Origin: Pedosphaera sp.
GTDB lineage: Bacteria; Verrucomicrobiota; Verrucomicrobiia; Limisphaerales; UBA1096
Assembly (NCBI GenBank): GCA_022451065.1
Contig: JAKUOU010000019.1
Location: 4,203-68,202 of the forward strand
Reading direction: 5' to 3'
DNA: 64,000 bases
The notes beneath the pieces are model-generated. The model was not told the origin of the DNA. It did no database searches and saw only the letters and a list, made by a program, of their open reading frames with translations. Of this stretch, positions 61,783-64,000 are shown piece after piece; the first letter of the stretch is position 1, and each line of letters starts with the position of its first letter. A program made the translations under genes and the position numbers.

Positions 61783-62205
61783 TTATTCGCCGGTGATATG
61801 GATGTGGATGCGGCGGATGTGAGGGTGGGTGCGGTGTTCCCAGAGGTAGATACCCTGCCAGGTGCCTAGTACCATTGAACCGCCGGAGATGGGGATGCTG
61901 AGGCTGACGTTGGTCAGCGCGGTGCGGATGTGGGCCGACATGTCATCGTCTCCCTCGTAGTTGTGCTCGTAAACCGGGTCGGCGTCTGGAGCCAGGCGCG
62001 AGAAGATCGACTCAAGGTCGGTGCGTACGCTGGGGTCGGCGTTTTCCTGGATGAGCAGCGAGGCGGAGGTGTGCCGGACGTGTAGTGTCAGTAAGCCAGT
62101 CTTGAAACCACTCGCCGAAACCAGTTCGCCCACCTCGCGGGTGATCTCGTAAAACCCACGGCTGCGTGTGGCGACGCTCAACTCCTCGGCGTATTGCCCG
62201 AGCAT
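61783..62205 (-). CDS. YjbQ/UPF0047 family protein (secondary thiamine-phosphate synthase)
   Basis: HVRHTSASLLIQENADPSV, MSAHIRTALT, GTWQGIYLWEHR. Confidence 0.85.
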   Translation of the reverse strand: MLGQYAEELSVATRSRGFYEITREVGELVSASGFKTGLLTLHVRHTSASLLIQENADPSVRTDLESIFSRLAPDADPVYEHNYEGDDDMSAHIRTALTNVSLSIPISGGSMVLGTWQGIYLWEHRTHPHIRRIHIHITGE

Positions 62206-62210
62206 GGGGT

Positions 62211-63995
62211 TTATTTTTCTACGCCCAGAATTTTTTGCAGTTCGGCGTTCTTGGTGTGACCAGCTGCGAGCGCCTTTTCGTAGTGGAACTTGGCCAGGGC
62301 GGTGAAGGGCGGTTTTTGAGTGGCGTACACAACGGCGAGGTTGTGGTGGGCCTCGGCGTGGCCCGGCTTGATCTGGAGCGCCTTACGTAGTGCTGTCTCG
62401 GCGGCTTTGCGCTGGCCAAGGTTGTTGAGCGCCGAGCCAAGGAAGTGCTGTGCGTTGGCATCCTCCGGATTCAGTTTGACCGCCTTGGCCAGGTAATCGC
62501 GTGCCTCCTCATATTTTTTTTGACGGTAACGAAGTGTGCCAAGCAGTGACAGAGAGAAGGTGTCGTTTTCGTTGTTCTTCAGCGCCCGCTCCAGGCTGGT
62601 CTCGGCGCCGTCATAGTTGCCCTGTTCCATTTGTGCCATGGCGAGGCTACCAAGCGTCAGTGGGTTTTCCTCGTCCAGTTTGAGGACGTGCAGAAACTTC
62701 TGTTCCGCCTCACCGTACTTGGCCTCGACGAGGGCTGCCTGGCCCGCCTTGAAATCAGCCGCGCCGCCCTCCGGCAGGGTAGCGACCTTGGCCTGAAGTG
62801 TGTTGGCAGGTTGATCTCCTGTTTTTGGTTCGGCGAACAGTTTCTTCTCCTCGTCGGTATAGGGGATTTTCTCAGCTTCAAGAATCTCGAGTCGCGATCT
62901 CAGGGTGTCGAGCCGGTTCTGCAGTTCAGCCACTTGGGCCTGCTCGGCTCGATCCTTTTTTCGCCAGTTCAAGATGCCGGAAAGGGCCTTCCTCTTGCTG
63001 GCGGGGTTGGTATTTATTCGCTCGGCCTTGGCAAGGCGCTTCTCAAGCGAGTTGATATAGTCGCGCATTTCTTTTTCGCGGGATCCTTTCTGGAGGGCTT
63101 TGAGCTGATCCTCAAGCGAGTCGTTGCTGCTTTGTGAGGAAGCCAGGTTACTTGAGGTTTCCTTTAACTGGCTGTTACTTTTGGCCAGTTGTTTCTCGAG
63201 GGAACCGACCTTGGTCTCGAGATTCTTTTCGCGGTTGCCTTTTTTGAATGATTTGAGCTCCTCCTCGAGAGAGGCTTTATCGTTCTTGAGCGCGGCAATA
63301 TTGCCCGAAACTTTCTCCAACTCGCCCTGGTTGTCCGCCATTTTCTTTTGGAGCGCCTCAACTTCAGTTTGAAGTTCTTTTTCGCGGTTCCCCTTTCTGA
63401 ACGACTTGAGTTCCGACTCAAGGCTTTTGTTCGTCGTTTTGAGTGATGCCAGTTCCTTTTCGGTTGTCTCGAGGGACTCCTTGCTGTCCGCCAGTTGTTT
63501 CTCGAGGCGTTTGGCCTGGCGGTTGTTTGCCTCTGACTTTGCGCTCTTCACCTCCTGCTGCGATTGCTCGAGTGCTTCTCTGGTTTTTTTTGCGTCGGCT
63601 TGGGCCTTGGCCAAGTTGGCCTGTGCCTTTTCGGTTTCTGCTGTTGCCTTGGCCAAGCCGGCGTTGGCGTCCTTGAACTGTGCGGTGGCCTTGTCGATGG
63701 CGCCCTTGAGGTTGGTGTTTTCCTGGCGAAGGCCGGAGAGGTCGCTTTCCAGCTTGGCCAGTTGCTTGGTCTCCTCAGGCGACGGCACGGCAGAAAGGGC
63801 TTCCTTGAGTTTGGCATCCTTGATGACGATCGCGTTTTCGAGCGACTCAACCTTTCGCTTGAGAATGGCGATCTCGCGGCGTGCGGCGGCGGGGTCAAGG
63901 GTAGCCGGTTTGTCCAAGGTTGCCTTTACATCCTCCGTAGCTTTGGCTCCGATTTCCTTGAGCTTCTGGTCCAGGTACTTGATGCGAAAACTCAC
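62211..63995 (-). CDS. long coiled-coil protein with C-terminal TPR repeats
   Basis: 594-aa ORF. GTG at 63993-63995 lies 5 nt from the window edge, so the true N-terminus may be outside the window. Residues 1-380 are Lys/Glu/Ala-rich heptad-like. Residues 415-590 are TPR-like (AEAHHNLAVVYATQ). Confidence 0.6.
   Translation of the reverse strand: MSFRIKYLDQKLKEIGAKATEDVKATLDKPATLDPAAARREIAILKRKVESLENAIVIKDAKLKEALSAVPSPEETKQLAKLESDLSGLRQENTNLKGAIDKATAQFKDANAGLAKATAETEKAQANLAKAQADAKKTREALEQSQQEVKSAKSEANNRQAKRLEKQLADSKESLETTEKELASLKTTNKSLESELKSFRKGNREKELQTEVEALQKKMADNQGELEKVSGNIAALKNDKASLEEELKSFKKGNREKNLETKVGSLEKQLAKSNSQLKETSSNLASSQSSNDSLEDQLKALQKGSREKEMRDYINSLEKRLAKAERINTNPASKRKALSGILNWRKKDRAEQAQVAELQNRLDTLRSRLEILEAEKIPYTDEEKKLFAEPKTGDQPANTLQAKVATLPEGGAADFKAGQAALVEAKYGEAEQKFLHVLKLDEENPLTLGSLAMAQMEQGNYDGAETSLERALKNNENDTFSLSLLGTLRYRQKKYEEARDYLAKAVKLNPEDANAQHFLGSALNNLGQRKAAETALRKALQIKPGHAEAHHNLAVVYATQKPPFTALAKFHYEKALAAGHTKNAELQKILGVEK
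63021..63425 (-). repeat. three tandem 51-aa (153-bp) coding repeats inside the coiled-coil gene
   Basis: SLESELKSFRKGNREKELQTEVEALQKK..., SLEEELKSFKKGNREKNLETKVGSLEKQ... and SLEDQLKALQKGSREKEMRDYINSLEKR... start at residues 191, 242 and 293. Confidence 0.6.
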
Positions 63996-64000
63996 AACTG

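Noticed and set aside
1-64000. The iterated palindrome as a CRISPR array, MITE or IS terminal repeat.
   Set aside because: Copies are irregularly spaced at kilobase scale, have no conserved flanks or target-site duplications, and often lie within conserved coding sequence. No cas, transposase or integrase genes are present in the window.

Overview
Dense, high-GC chromosomal window with about 53 CDS on both strands and very short spacers. Gene content points to the PVC superphylum, most likely Verrucomicrobiota. It holds three loci of planctomycete-type cytochrome/PSD families (DUF1592+DUF1552; PSCyt/DUF1549/DUF1553+CDGSH+DUF1501; an orphan PSCyt/DUF1553) and two PVC-type dehydrogenase/HEAT/heme-binding proteins flanking a GlcF-like Fe-S protein. 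The rest is housekeeping: trpF, folK, glnD, lgt, ftsK, recJ, secDF-yajC, ispD, ispF, mog, cysE, rlmB, recG, tatD. Regulators are an Rrf2 protein, an ECF sigma/anti-sigma pair, a Fur-family protein and a sigma-54-dependent response regulator. I found no rRNA, tRNA, CRISPR array, transposase, integrase or prophage genes. The most unusual signal is not a gene cluster. It is a highly iterated perfect palindrome, CGCTTGGCCAAGCG (core TTGGCCAA, extended to 16-18 bp in places). It occurs dozens of times in coding DNA, in all three reading frames, and in spacers. It fills the spacer between convergent stop codons in 4 of the 5 convergent gene pairs that have a spacer of 15 bp or more. It also sits just upstream of several start codons. 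All counts are hand counts from reading the sequence and need computational confirmation. Secondary observations are an IscR-type-1-like operator upstream of the Rrf2 gene, a 14-bp perfect palindrome in the fur/glycosyltransferase divergent region, phased T-tracts in the yajC divergent promoter, a CDGSH Fe-S gene wedged inside a DUF1553/DUF1501 pair, and several uncharacterised proteins.
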